DNA of 64,000 nt from Vicugna vicugna (taxonomy: Eukaryota): positions 6,097,149 through 6,161,148 of the forward strand of contig MU058213.1 in assembly GCA_013265495.1 (NCBI GenBank), in the 5' to 3' direction. The notes beneath the pieces are model-generated. The model was not told the origin of the DNA and did no database searches. It saw only the letters and a list, made by a program, of their open reading frames with translations. This document shows positions 12,864 through 26,550 of this stretch, one piece after another (position 1 is the stretch's first letter; every line of letters starts with the position of its first letter). The position numbers and the translations under genes are program-made.

Positions 12864-13565
12864 CTGTGGAGAGAGTGGAGGCAGGTGAGATGGGACCCAA
12901 CAGGAGGCAGCAGCACCGGCCGATTCAAGTTCAAATCCAGCTCCAACATTAGAAGGACATGTCACTCCCTCAACTGTCTCTCAGAATAAAACACTGTCTC
13001 TGACAAGGTCGTTGCAAAAGCAGAGTTAGCTCTTCATAAAGATGGCGGCTGCTGCTGTGTCCCCAGCATAAAAGGGAACGTGGAAAAGACACATACTGCT
13101 ACCAAAGTTAACGAAACATAGTTACGCACCTAAAGGATAAAACAGTCACGTACCTGTCCTCCCCCAACTATGGAAGCAGAACTGTGCCACAGAAACCCGC
13201 AAGTGCCTCTCCTCAACTGTAATACCTCCCAGAATGAACCCCCACGCTTTCATTTTATATTAATGCTCCTTTTCTTTGGAGTTTCAACCATGCACACAAG
13301 TATCCCTAAACAATACTTGCAACTTCCCCCCGCCTCCTTTTTTTTTTAACTGTGTAAGAGGAATCACATGTTACGGTCACTCACTCCATGTCTGCAGTGA
13401 ACATTGCTGGTGCATGTAGCTGTGCTTCATTCATTCTCATTGCTTTACCCTGTTCCACTGCATCTAGATCCAGTCCACTGTTGATGGTCATTTGGAATGA
13501 TTCCAGTTTCATTACAAAAAAATGCTGCTATGGAATGTTCTTGCACAAAAGTTTATCCAAACTAA

Positions 13566-13725
13566 TTTCTTAACATCAGCGGTCTTGACACTCTGGGCAG
13601 ATAATTCTTTGTTGAGGGGGCTGTCCTGTGCTCTGCAGAGTGTTTAGCAACATCCTTCACCTTTACCCCTCGGATGCCAGCAGCACCTCCTTCCTCCCCT
13701 TGGTCAAAAATACCTCCGGCACTGA
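13566..13725. mobile_element. MER20-like hAT fossil
   Basis: gataattctttgttgagggggctgtcctgtgc...gtttagcaacatcc...gatgccagcagcacc. Confidence 0.7.
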
Positions 13726-13811
13726 AACCCTAATCCAGGTCTGCTAGCTTTAAATGTAGCCTTTCTACATACCACACTGCCTCCAGTCACCATTCATACA
13801 TACATTGTCTC

Positions 13812-14294
13812 TGCGAATGAAAAATACAGCCTGCCATATCCGCAAAGGATGCTGCAGCCATCAAGCCATCACATTGCAGCCCCCCCCCCAGTGGTGTGCC
13901 CCGAGAGAATTCAGGATGGAAACAGGGTGGCGGCATCACCCACTGTAGCCACCCCCAGGGGTGCACGCTGAGGAGACTCGGGATGGGAAGGCACAGACAA
14001 GATGCACATCAAAGTAATGATTCCAGTGAGCCCAGACTTTTACACCTTCCCATACATGGAAAAGCACTAAATTCCTCAACTTTAGATACCTGGTTTTCTT
14101 TAACAGTAATCTTTTGATGGTCCAATTACCTGGTTGCAAAAGCTCCTATATATCCTGGCTCCTCCCTTATCTCTCCAGAGCTATGCCTTAGAGCTGTCCG
14201 AGAGGATGTCTCCCCAGCTTCAAGTCCTCAGAAATGTCCACTGAATGAAACATAATTCTCAACTTTTAGGTTGTGCTTTTTTTTTCAGTCAAGA
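13812..14294 (+). mobile_element. Solo LTR (ERV1-class, artiodactyl type)
   Basis: Starts TG, ends tttcagtcaaga (degenerate ...ACA); flanked by 4-bp TSD tctc; internal direct repeat, TATA-like ctatatat, degenerate poly(A) signal. Confidence 0.75.
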
Positions 14295-15784
14295 TCTCAA
14301 TGTTAACTACAGCTTGTCATTAATTAGCAAGATCTTTAAACATCTGGAACTACTTATTAAATATGTTCATAAAACGCATTTAGGAAAAAGAAATATAGAA
14401 AACACCCGCCCCCCCTCCTTTGCTTAAGGACTAACTATACTATGGCTGACATTCATTTGCTTCAAAAGAAACTTAAGATTTCTTTCTAAGAGTGGTTGGG
14501 CTGAAAACATAGTGGGGCTGGTCAGGTCTGTTAACACTTGTGGGAGGAGAGAGGAAAAGGGAGGGCATTTCCTGGGGCCTGAGTTCTAGAAGGAAAAAGC
14601 ACACCCAGTTTTGAGCTGCGCTCTAAAGAAGGCAGAGCCCCACCGTCCTTGCTGAGGTCCGGTGATAATGGATGCTCCTGGTTGTAGGATGAGCAGGTCG
14701 GACCGTGCAGGGCTGGCTAGGGATAAGGGGGTGCTGGCTGCCAGCTGAGTGTAGTACTGTTCCCGGCAGGGACGGGGGTCCTTGGGTGCTTCCTGGGGCT
14801 CCCTGTGTAGGAGGGAGCAAACCCCAAGGTAACTCAGGCTCCACTCTCTTCAGATCCACCCCCATCCCCACCTTCCCACCCCCACCAAGCACTTTTCTTG
14901 TATCGTGGAGCAAAGGCATGGTACAGATCATCAGCATGACATCACTTCCTTCCTCATCTACTGGAAATCCCCATTCCCTGCTTGAGAAGTGCTTGCTTCT
15001 CTGAAAGCTGGCTGGGCAAGCAGGGTTTTAATTAAGCAACCTATATATTAGGGGTGTGTCAGCATTTGGTTAATAAGAGCCATTAGCCTGGATACCCCAA
15101 GTCATCTGATTTCCCAGCAACAAGAAATGGAGTGGGTATGAGCATTAGAACACCCTGGGAGGGAGGAAGCCTCTAGCCTGGTGGCTCCAGAGAGCAGGGT
15201 TGGGAAGGCCCGTGCACATATGCACACGTACGTGTGCAGGCTCACATGCATGTGCACACACACTCCCCAGATGTTCACAGATGGAGATTTGGTCTCATGT
15301 CCAGAGGGAGAAATCTACCACCACTAATGCAGGTTGCTAAGGCATCTGCAGCCCAAGAGTACTGGGACTTAGGTGCAGTCTCTGGGCAGGAGATGCAGCT
15401 GAATGACCTTCTGAAAAGAAGGACCATCCTGCCTGCAGCCATCCCAGGACTTGGCCCCCTTGCTACTCTGCCAATCTGCCTCCAGCGCTGACGGAGGCCT
15501 CCCAGTTCCTCCCTCTTCATGTCTTTCCTGCCAGTTGCCTTTATGGGCTCTCCGAACATCACCCCAGCTCAGCATTTATTAGCTCACCTCACCCTTCACT
15601 GAAAATCCTTCTAACATCCCTGCTCTTGGCCTACCCAGTCCCTGCCAGGTGTGGCCCTGCTCGCTCCCAGCACCCCAGCCTGCTGCAGGCCCCACCGGCG
15701 TCTTCTCACATCTCTTGGTAGAAATCTAAGCCCTGGTTGGGGTTGGGAGCCCCTATCCACAGACTTTTATAGCCTATCATATTT

Positions 15785-16425
15785 GCTGGTGAAAAACATG
15801 ATTTTCCCCTAAATCAGGAACAAAACAGGGATGTCAGCTCACCACTTCTGCTCAATACTGGACTGGGAGCTCCAGCCAGAGCAGTAAGTCCAGAAAAGTA
15901 AAAGGCACATAGATAGGAAAAGAAGTAAAAATACCTCTGTCTGCAGATGAGATGGTCTTGCCCATAGAAAATCCTAAGGAATACACTAAATGGCTGTTAG
16001 GATAAAAAGATTCAGCAGGATGATAGAATGCAAGATCAATATATAAAAATCAGCTATATTTCTATGCACTAGCAATGAACAATCCAAAAATGAAACAGAA
16101 AATTACACTTACAATACCTTAAAGATAATATAATACATTGGAATAAATTTAACAAAAGAAGGATGATTCTATTTATATGAAATGCCCAGAAAAGGCCAAT
16201 CTATATTGACAGAAAGTAGAGTAGTGCTTGCCAGGGGCCAGGGGTTGGGGGAATAACAGCTAAGGGGAAGAAAGTTTCTTCTTGGGGTGACAAAAATCTT
16301 CCTAAATTAGATGATGATAATGGTCGCACAACTCTGGGACTACGCTAAAAACTGCTGAATTTTACTTTCAACGGGTGATTTTATGGTACGTAAATTATAT
16401 CTCAAGAAAGCTGCTTAAAAAAAAG
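15785..16425 (+). mobile_element. Old L1 fragments (RT region joined to 3'UTR)
   Basis: Decayed SLFADDM-like tctgtctgcagatgagatg, tagaaaatcctaag, then an L1M 3'UTR ending in tatatctcaagaaagctg plus an A-run. Confidence 0.8.
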
Positions 16426-17955
16426 GTAAATTGCATGGGCTCCTCTGGGCTCCACAGCGCTCTGTTGATACCCAGAATGTATGCAAGCAGCTGCTGGGTG
16501 TCCCAGGTGGGAACCAGGGCAGAGCGGAGGAACGGACGGAGCTGAGGCGGACCGTTTAAACATCTGTGTGAACACAACCACTGCATGGTCTTTGATCCCA
16601 AGGCATCAGAGCCTACTTCCTCAGGATAAGTCAAACTAAAACCAATCAAAGTAAAACCTCAGGGATTACTGGGAAATTCGGGCTCCCGTGTACAGTAGAC
16701 CCTTGGCAACCGCGGGCTAGATTGTCCCAGACCCTGGACAATTGCTACCATGCAGTGTAAAGTCATCTGGTCATTTATCACTTGGCTGAATGGGGTTCAC
16801 AGCACTCCACAGTTGGGAGGGGAGAGATCCCAGGGAGCTCTGAGAGGAGGTGTTGTTTGCTGGGGAGCAGAGTGTGGACCAGGGGACTGTCTGATGGGGA
16901 GTGGAGGTGGAAGTGGAGAGCAGCTTCGCATTTTGCAGTAGGAAAGGTGCTGTTCAGGCAACCCTGAGGTCACCACTGTCCTGCTCTTTCCTGTTTAAAT
17001 GTCCTCTGTGACCAGGAAGGGATATAGCTGCTCCAGGTGGGCAGCACCTTTGCAAAGCAAGCCAGTTGCAGCAAAGCGCTCCTCCTCACCGGTCACTCCT
17101 GCGTCATTCTCACATCTAAGCATGTCTTCACTCTTCTTGTGAGTGTCGACAGATGGGATGTGGTCTGGGAACCCCTACCTGGAGCCCCGGGCAAGGCACT
17201 GTGCTGGGTGTTTTCAGATGTTACTTCCTTTACCCTCACAACACTTCCACAAAATGACTGACGTGGGTTCCTGGAATTTCGTGCTGGCTTCATCACTGGA
17301 CCACACGAGGCTTATGCATCAGGCCCCCAGAGCTCCAGCCACACTGATCTTTCTGGCCCCGGGTTCTGGTCATGCTCCCCACCCCCCAGCCAGCACTGTA
17401 AATTCCTGCTCAGCCTTTGGATCTTGTTTCACCCCCTGCAGCACCCTGTGGTAGCCCCCGCGCCTGCTCAGAGCAGGAGGTCGATGCAGCGGTCCAGGGG
17501 GCGGGGCCTGTTCTCACCACTGCAGCCTCTGGACGTGGGGCAAGGCCCAGGGAGACCATGTGGCCTCACTCCCCACGCTCTGAAGGAGTAGCAGCAGAGG
17601 GAACACTGGCTTTGGAGTCAGAGTCAGTGCCCTGCGTTTGAGGCGCCCCTCTGCCCCCAATTGGCACGTGACTTGGGTCCATCACTTCACCTCTTTAGGG
17701 ATCAGTGTCCTCAGGGGTTAAAAAAAGGGATTCAGGCAATGGCCCAGGCCCTTTTTCTAGTTCAAGGAAGACTCTGCAGAGAGCTCGCAACAAAATCTCT
17801 ACTATCAGATGTACCGTGGAACACAGGACGCCTTTGCCGAGGGGGCGATGGCTGTCTCCACCTCGCCACGCTGGAGACCAGAAACCACCACAGAAAACGT
17901 CCGCGAGAACAGCCACTTTCCCGTCTGCTGGACACTCAGCCCAGGCCATCTCCTC

Positions 17956-17973
17956 CCACCACTAGGTGGCGGT
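17956..17973 (+). promoter_or_regulatory. Consensus CTCF motif
   Basis: ccaCCACTAGGTGGCGGt matches CCASYAGRKGGCRS. Confidence 0.55.
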
Positions 17974-18518
17974 CCTGTGCAATCAATAACCCGGGGCGAG
18001 ACCACGGCTTTCGGGGAGCTGCCAGAAACTGTTTTAACGGGGCCTTTTAGGTGCCTGCAGACTCGACTCACAGCCATGGGAAAGGAATCCAGACTTTCTC
18101 ACACAGCAAGCAAGACCCTCGTGCCCCGAGAAGTTACACTTTCAGGAAAGCGCTTTGTCTAGACTTATTCTATAATGCACATAGATCATTTTGGCTTTAG
18201 GTCATATAGGCTTTAGATCATTTTGGTACCAATTGTATTTTATGATAATTTGCACCAAACCTCACATGATTGAAAACTGTTGTAAAAACAATTACTTCAC
18301 TGGGATAATGAGGGTTGGAGCAAGAATTTCAGACTCACAAAGACAGTTATTTGTCCTATTGCCACTTCAACAATAAAGGTTCACTTTATACAAATCTGTA
18401 CGTAGTTATAAAACTCCTCATCTCAGAGCAAATACAGTGTTTCATTATATGTAACTTTGGCACCGTGTAATTTAGATTTCCTGTTACTGTGTGATCCATC
18501 ATTTCAGGGTAATTTGTG

Positions 18519-18844
18519 TAGTCAGCCCTCCATATCTGTGGGGTCTGCATCCCAGATGCGGATTCAACCAACTGCAGATTGAAAATATTTGGAAAAAAAT
18601 TCCAGAAAGTTCCAAAAAGCAAAATTTGAATTTGCTGGGCAGGGCAAATATTTACATAGCATTTACATTGTATTAAGTATTATAAGTAACTTAGAGATGA
18701 TTTAAAGCATACAGGAGGGTGTGCATAAGTTATATGCACATACTGTGCCATTTTATATAAGGGACTTGCGCATCTGCAGATTTTGGTACATGGAGGGTGT
18801 GTGTGTAATAGAATCAGTCCCCTGAGGATACCAAGGGATGACTG
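18519..18844. mobile_element. Tigger/MER2-type TcMar DNA transposon fossil (MITE)
   Basis: Terminal inverted repeats agtcagccctccatatc / gataccaagggatgactg followed by TA; characteristic internal text. Confidence 0.85.
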
Positions 18845-21800
18845 TACACATTGACCGCTTCATTGTGTCTATTCTTCATTAAGAAAACAAACACACAAAA
18901 CAGCTCGGCTACAGTACCTTGCTTTTACAGCAGGTCCTTTTCCGAGTAGGGCATTAAGACACCTAATGCAGTCAGATCATAACCCACACCACAAAGTTTC
19001 CAGAGTAATCAAGCACATTGCACCCAGCTTGCTTTGTGCAAACTTCACTGCTAGAGAAGTCCTGTGTTAGTGACTGGGGAGTCCAAGTGGTGCCTTTGCC
19101 CTGAAACATCCGGATGCCCACCAAGTGACCTCTGAGCCCTCCTGGACAGATGCCCAGTCTCACCAGATGCCAGAAGCCCACGAGAACACAAAACACCAAG
19201 TGACATCAATGACCACAAAGCACTGTAAAGTGAAGGACTGTTCATTCACTCTTCATGGGATGTGAGTTGTTATGGTGATTAGAACAAAGGATGTTTAACT
19301 AGAAAGAGACTGGAACATAGCAGGAGAGGGAGTCTAAGACCATGTTATTGAAACGCAGCTCGTGTCTGCTGCAGTGTCACCTCATGGCTCTCTGCGCTGC
19401 TGTTGCTCGGAGCCCACAGAGAGCGGCCCGGCTACTACGTGTGTGTGTGCCGGGGTGGGGCGGGGGGAGCGGCTCCCCGACTCGTCCCCTCGTCTTCGCT
19501 TCCCTAGGCTGCTCATCCCCACCCCTCACCCCCGTTAAAGCCAACAATGCCAAAGCTTAGACCCTCCCAGAGTCCACAGCTCTCTGCAGGCCCAAGGCTT
19601 GAGTTCTGGAATTTCCTCATGGGGCTTGGGGGTGCCTACTTTTCAATTCTGGTAGAATATTATTATTTCCCTGCAAGACCAAAGCACATGAATAACAATC
19701 ATAAAACAAATACAAATAAACTTTCAAGTTGCACTGTGCTTTATAGTTTACAAAGCCCTTATTTAATCTTCAAGAAACCCCAAGTGGGCTTTCCATTTCT
19801 ATGATTACTAGCTCAACGATACAGGTGAGGACAGCCAGGTACGGGAAGATTAAGTCACATGAGGCAGCGCAGCGGGTAATTAGTGAACGATTCACGTGCC
19901 CAGCATGTGGCACACAGAAGGCACATGGCTCAGTAAATATTCAATGAATGAATCAATGGAGGAAGGAACAAATGACCTGGGTCTCAAGCCGAGTCCTTGC
20001 AACTGTGAATCCTTGCTCTGCATATGGCCAGGCCACCTTCTGTGAATTGCTCTGCGCTCCCACACTTCTGGGGTACCGGGTCTGCCGAGTCTACGCCAGG
20101 GTGAGCTGGGATTAAGCTTTCAAATATCACTTTTTTGTTCTGCAGATGTGAAATTTATGTCTTGGAATTCCAAGAAGGAAAATAATGGCATTTTGTTTCA
20201 TTGGCTCTTTAAAATGTGCTCTGTTCCAAAAGGTTGAATCTATAAACATTACTGGAAACGTGGGAATGGATGCCAGGAATTCCTAAGCTTCATGTCTGCC
20301 TGGGCCAGGATACGGCTGCTGCTCCTGTAGACTATGGGTTGAGAAATATTGCTATTGGACACTTGTTAGAAATTCTAAGCCCCTTGAAAATACGACTCCA
20401 TTAGGGGAATCTTGTCAAGAGACACACAGGCAGCATTTAAATTCTTCCATCGATCCCGCCTTCGCGGCATGGCCAGAAGCCCTACCACGGAGCACTTTTC
20501 AGTATTTTTCTATTTCTCCAACTTCTAGTTGGATTGCTCTCTGGGGTATCTCGAAATTTCCTGAAGTTGTCCTCCCATAAAATGGACCAGAGGATTAAAA
20601 AGGCCAACAGAAAAACACTGCCAGTCCTGGTTTTAATGTTTCCAGCAGTGACCTGGGCGTAGATTATGTACATCTCAGTTTCAGGAGGGAGGATATGAAG
20701 CACGCTCGATCGGCAAATCAAGTGAAGCCAGAGCAAAGGCTGATGAATGAACTGCTTATGTGATTCTTGCTTTACTGGTTCTCATTCCCTGAGAAGCAGG
20801 AAAGGCCTCGAACCTGAATCAGACTGTTCAAAATGACAACAAAGGCACTGCAAGATAATGACCCCCTCTATGTCTCAGTCTTCTCGGACAAGGTTAACAG
20901 CGACGGTGGCAATCACAGCTACCATGCCACAGCACACACGTGGCGGGACCAGGGCGCGGAGTCCAGTCGGGGTGGTCACTGCTTTAGTGAAGGCTTCATG
21001 CGCTCTCCAAAAAAACCAAAGCAAAACAAAACACTCCCCCAAAACCCGAAATTGACCGAACCCAAAATAAACTGACACAGACTTCCCTGAAGTAACCTGA
21101 GGTGCTACCTACACCATTTAATTTTATCCATCTATGTTACATGATCCCAAAGAAATGACTGCTTAGGCTAAATATGTCTATAAAAAGAAGTACACTGGGG
21201 ACGGGGGAGGGAAAAGAAAGATGAACCCAAGAGTTGCAAGTCCAAGGCGAGTTGGTGGTAACCTCCCTCTTACAGGTTGGGAAAGTCAAGGGCACTGATG
21301 GGAACTGTGATGCCAAGAGAAATTTTCATCTTTATGGAAAGATACAAGCTTGGGATCCGGAAACTCCCTGTTTGCTCCAGCAACCTCCCATGGAATAAAT
21401 GCAACTCATGTTCTCTTGCCAAAGAGGAGCTGTTAAGTGTAGGTAACCATGAGGCTCCTGGAATGCATGTCTAAGGTCTTGGCCCACATTAGAAATTATT
21501 TTAACTGTCATGTGTTTCAGAAAATACATACTAAGTGAAAAGCTCAGCAGCTTGACCAGAATGTGATTTCTTAAGGAATATTTGCATCAGAGCAGACTGA
21601 AGGGTACAAAGAAGAGGCTGGCTGGGATTCTCGGGGCTCCAGGACTCAGTGTGCCTAGTAAGAGTTTTACACACCAGTTTTATATACAGTCAGGAAACTC
21701 TTACTGCCTTACTGCAGTGGTTGTGAAGGGCACACCCTCTCCTTCCAGCCTGCCAGCCCTCGCCAGAACAGCATCACGTCTGCCTGATCTTTAGGCCTGA

Positions 21801-22210
21801 AGGAGGTACAGGGCGTTAGAAGGTTCCAATCAGGAACCGCGCAGCTGAGGGCTGGAAGGGAGCAGCCTCGGGTAAGACACAATGTTCCTCAATTGCCTGT
21901 TTTTGGCTGACAGATGCTCCCTGCTGGCTGGTGTGCAAGTCTGTAACTTGCAGAGCAGGCTGGAAAGATGGTTTCGCTTGCCAAAACCAAAGCAAGTAGG
22001 AAGCTAGCAGACAGAGCTAAGAGATTTGGCGCATTTTGCTGACTGGTTTTAATCCCCTGCCTACTTTGGGAAGTCAAACTGGGCCCAGGAAGGCTTGTTT
22101 GATTATTTTACTGAAGTCCATCCAACTGAATAGTGCAGGTCTGGGTTATGGAGCAAGAATCCTGTTGCCTCAACACAGAAACTTCCCTGGTTTTATCAAA
22201 ATGACTTGAC

Positions 22211-22370
22211 CAGTGGTTTTCAAGATGTCAGCAATATCACCATCATCTGAGAACTTGGTAGAAATGTGCATTCCTGGGCCCCGCCACGATCCTACTGTAT
22301 CAGAAACACCAGACACAGGTCAGGGAGTTCTCCAGGTGATCCTGGTGCACGTGAGGTTTGAGAACTAACT
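22211..22370. mobile_element. MER5A-like hAT fossil
   Basis: cagtggttttcaa...tcagaaac...aggtgatcctggtgcac...tttgagaact. Confidence 0.7.
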
Positions 22371-23878
22371 CTTTAGACCGAGCCCATCAGGTAGACCATG
22401 ATCATTGCAACTGGTCGGATACAGGTACGTACACGAGAGCTGGGGGAGCAAAAAGAGAGCTCCGATAAAGAGTGACACCCACTCTCCCGACGGCCATCGG
22501 CATAAAACTGAGGTGCTTTCCCCTCTAAGGCCCAAATGAGGTAAGACTTGCTAGGGGCAAAGGAACCCCAGGAGAGAGGCTGGTGAAGCTCTGGTAAAGC
22601 TCCCAAGAGCTCTGTGGTCTTGGGTGGGGCCTGGAGGTGAACCGGTGGCCACCCTCCCAGAGGAAGGAGTGGTCGCTTCTCACCCAGCACGGCTCTATTT
22701 TGTATACAAGTCTCCTGATCACACGTGAACCTCCTTTTTTTAAAATTATTCTAGAGATATGGTGAGAATGGAAAACGGAGGTGGGCAGGAAGGAGGGGAA
22801 GTGGGGGCTGCAACAACCCCACTGCGGGGTTCAGCAGAGAAGGACACCCCTCACTGAGAATCACGTGGAGTTGGAAGATCCCTTACAGAAAATCACCAGC
22901 TCAACCACCATGAGATATGGGTTGTACCACCACCTCCATCAGCACCAACACCATCATGGTCATCGAGCTACAGTTGAGTGAGTGGCCTCTCACATATGCT
23001 CAGGACCACAGCAGGTACTTCATGTATGTTACTTCCAGTCCCCCCAACACCCCTGCAAGCTTGGTGCTCTACAGTGTTGCACAGGTAAGGAAAACGAAGC
23101 TCAGAGAGGGAAGTAGCAGGTCCGACACTAGACAGGTAATAGGGGCTGAAACAGGATTCTCATTCTTATCCGGCATTTGACAATCTCACTCTGCAATATT
23201 CCTGCCTGGAGATTTCCACCCACCCTGTGCCTGAATACGTCCAGGGACAAGGTGCTTCTTACATCCTAGGACAGCTCATCTTGGGACTACTGGAATGTGC
23301 TTTTGTTTCCTGGCACCAAGATCTACCTCCTGGTACAGGTCACGCACTTGCCTTGAAGTTGGCCCTAGCTACATGCCCGGTGACTCCACAGGACACGTCC
23401 AACCCCCTTTCCACACTGGCAACTGCATTTCTACACGGAGTTAAGGAATCTTCACTTCCTCCAACCGAAAAGCCTTGGTTTTACCACTCTCCACTTTCTG
23501 TTACAGAAATGCAGAAAGACTCTCATTTTAAAGCCCAGAAGATCCGTATTCATAAACAAGCATCTACACCTCACAGGATGCTGGGATGTCACTCTTTATG
23601 TTTCAGCGAGCTGCTGTGTTTATGCAACTTCAGGCACAGTCATAAGTCAAAAGCCCCACTATTCCTCAACCATCCCAGAGAGGAAAAAGGTCACAGAGCA
23701 GTCAGATTGCAGGGCTGAAGGGGACACCTCTTCTGATATTTCCAAGAGCAGCCCTCTCTGGAGAATGAGTGATGTGGTATCAACTTGGCTGTACTTTTTA
23801 GGAATGGCATCCGAGGGCCTCCCAGCCTGGGGGCTAGATTACAACATGTGTGGGTGGGAAACTGAACTTGAGAACCAT

Positions 23879-24506
23879 GCACAGACAGCCCCCCCAAATC
23901 CTCGAACCTGGGTGTGACTGACGGAGACGGAGCACAGACAGTTCTCCCAAATCCTCAAACCTGGGTGTGACTGATGGAGACTGAGCATAGACAGCCCCCC
24001 ACAGTCCTCAAGCCTGGGTGTGACTGATAGAGACGGAGCACAGACAACCCCCCGGAATCCTCAAGCCTGAGTGTGACTAATGGAGATGTAGCATTGACAG
24101 CCCCCACCCCAGTCCTTGAGCCTGGGTGTGACTGATGGAGATGGAGCAGACAGCCCCCCAAATCCTCAAACCTGGGTGTGACTGATGGAGACAGAGCAGA
24201 CAGCCCCCACAAATCCTCAAACCTGGGTGTGACTGATGGAGACGGAGCACAGACAGCCCCCCCAAGTCCTCGAACCTGGGTGTGACTGACGGAGACGGAA
24301 TACAGACAGTTCCCCCAAATCCTCAAACCTGTTACTGATGGAGACCGAGCATAGACAGCCCCCCCAGTCCTCGAGCCTGGGTGTGACTGATGGAGACGGA
24401 GCACAGATAACCCCCCCGAATCCTCAAGCCTGAGTGTGACTGATGGAGACGGAGCACAGACAGCCCCCCCAAGTCCTCGAGCCTGGGTGTGACTGATGGA
24501 GACGGA
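23879..24506. repeat. Minisatellite, 12 copies of a ~52-bp unit (gcacagacagcccccccaaatcctcaaacctgggtgtgactgatggagacgga)
   Basis: Direct tandem copies counted by eye; ends ~25 nt from the exon-26 donor. Confidence 0.95.
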
Positions 24507-24532
24507 GGTCTCCCACAGGCAGTGACTCTTAC

Positions 24533-24734
24533 CCTGCGGCTCCCTGGTCTGGGACCTTGAGGAAATCCAAGCTCTCCGGCGTCTGTGACACTCGGTCTGA
24601 GCCGACGGACTGCTGCCGTGGCAAGGGTGGGCGGGCCATGGAGGTGTACAGGCTCTTCTGATGGGACCTCTGGCTTTCAGGAGCATGGGGATGTGGCACA
24701 AACTGGTTTTTGATGACTCCATTCTGGTGGTATC
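24533..24734 (-). CDS. MYO1E: Myosin IE exon ~26 (TH2: [13 protein letters not shown]...[13 protein letters not shown])
   Basis: tcctag / gtaaga junctions, 202 bp, in frame. Confidence 0.95.
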
Positions 24735-26550
24735 CTAGGAAGAGGAAAAGAGGTGAAAACAAAGTTTAACTTTTCTGATCCTTTGTTAAAAGGCTCTCTA
24801 AATTTTTTCTAACTATTAGCCAAAAGCAAGTTACTTAGCTTCGCCTGGCCTCAGTTTCCCCATCTGAAAAAATGGAGGGCGTAACTGCTAATATATTAAG
24901 AAGAATAGAGCTAAGACATTGTAAATTGCCTGATGAGTGCCTGGTACAAAGCAGACGCTCACACATCCATGTTGAACTTGACAGCAGAACCACCACATAG
25001 ATGTTCAGGGTTTCAAAGCCCACGGTCAAGGAAAGGTAATCCTGCAACTAGTTGGCAGGTGAATTCTTAGGTTTAAGAAAAATGATGAGGTTATGATTCA
25101 AGAGAGGGCTGGCAGGCAGCTGTTTAAACAGCTGGACATCCATATTCAAAGGGTCAGTCTTGGGTGTCCTCTGCAGGAGCCCCAGGCTGTGGGAGGTGGA
25201 AGGAGCACCCCACACAGGCAGGGCAAATGTGGCGGATGGTTGGATCAATCCTGATAGAGCAAGGTCTCCTAGCCAACTGTTCCTAGTCAAGATCACATTA
25301 GCCAGTAAGTAATGGATTCTGGCGCTGGGCTCCAAACCACACGTCTGTGCTGAAGGGGCATTATCGTTCCATGCTGTGTGTGATAAAGCCCTTATCTCTT
25401 CTTCCACTGACAGATCTGGGCAGGAGGGAAGGGGAACAAGACTCTCCAAGGCACACTTTGGTGAATCCATTCTAAGACCTCTTCCATCCAGATTAAGAGA
25501 AGAACTCTCTGGTACCAGTGGGATGACCCTTAGTTTATACACGGGACTAGAGTTCAGTTTTGGCTCTGTCTCTGACAGCCGTGTTGACCTGAAGCAAGGC
25601 ACCTGACCTTTCAGAGTGTCAATTTCTTCATTAAAGAAACAGGGAGCTTGGTGAGACCCCACCTGCTGCCAAGATCGCCAAGGACAACAGAGGGCCATCC
25701 AGAGCAGGACGTGTTCTGGGGTCATGATATGCAAAGGGGGTCCACTGATGAGTTGCTCTGTGCTGTTCGTGCCCTACCCACCCTCGAAAAGTTCAGAAAT
25801 TAAGAGTATGCATTTAGAAACATTCACAGCAGTTTCACAGACATATTTGATGTCGGCTGAATCTCATAAGACCTTTTGGCTTGTATTTTAAAATGCTTTT
25901 AAAATTTCATTCTTCTAGTAATTTTTATTACATCTTACAAAAGTAAAGTTTGTGATGGACTGAAAATTAAGGCAGAAAGAAAACATAAACCAAGCCAAAC
26001 AAGCCCTGGTCCTTTACCAAAGATAGTATGAGAAGTGCTGACCGAAAGGATTCGGGTCCAATTGCTCATTTCACTGATGAAGAAACTGTCACATACAGAG
26101 GTTGGGAGCCATGCTCAAGGTCAGGTATTTGGTCTGAAGCAACTTTAGCCAACCTAACTGAGGCCAGTGAGCTTTCTAGGTGGTCCGGCCAGGATTTTGC
26201 ACGGGTGGCTGGTGCATAAGTAGTAACACAATGCTACACTGGTTCTCTTAGCTTCCTTTGTGCTTGGATTTTCAAGGATAAAGGCAGAGGGGAAGACAGA
26301 CAGGGCCAGGCAGGATGAGGACTCCAGAAGAGATGAAAATTAGCTTCTCACTGGTGGGCATGGGCGTCCATATTTTAGCATACAAGTGTGAGAGTCCAAG
26401 CCAGGACACAAAAGAAATGCTTTTTTATTGCTTATCTTGGACAATGCTATAAATAGGATTTTCATGTCTGGGATGATTTGAGTCAAGTGTGGTCCAAAGA
26501 TGACCCTTTCAGATCTACAATCCTAAACTTATTAACATCAAACATTCTGG

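Noticed and set aside
21860..21880. Plus-strand splice donor-like cgg/gtaaga suggesting an antisense exon
   Set aside because: Single motif without a supporting acceptor, ORF or promoter evidence
23879..24506. Repeat array as a CRISPR array
   Set aside because: Units are contiguous degenerate tandem copies with no unique spacers; eukaryotic intron, no cas genes
23955..24722. 255-aa ORF on -
   Set aside because: Off-frame read of exon 26 running into the minisatellite; the repetitive peptide is an artefact
25048..25734. 228-aa ORF on -
   Set aside because: Starts at a non-ATG codon, overlaps MIR-like sequence, no recognisable homology
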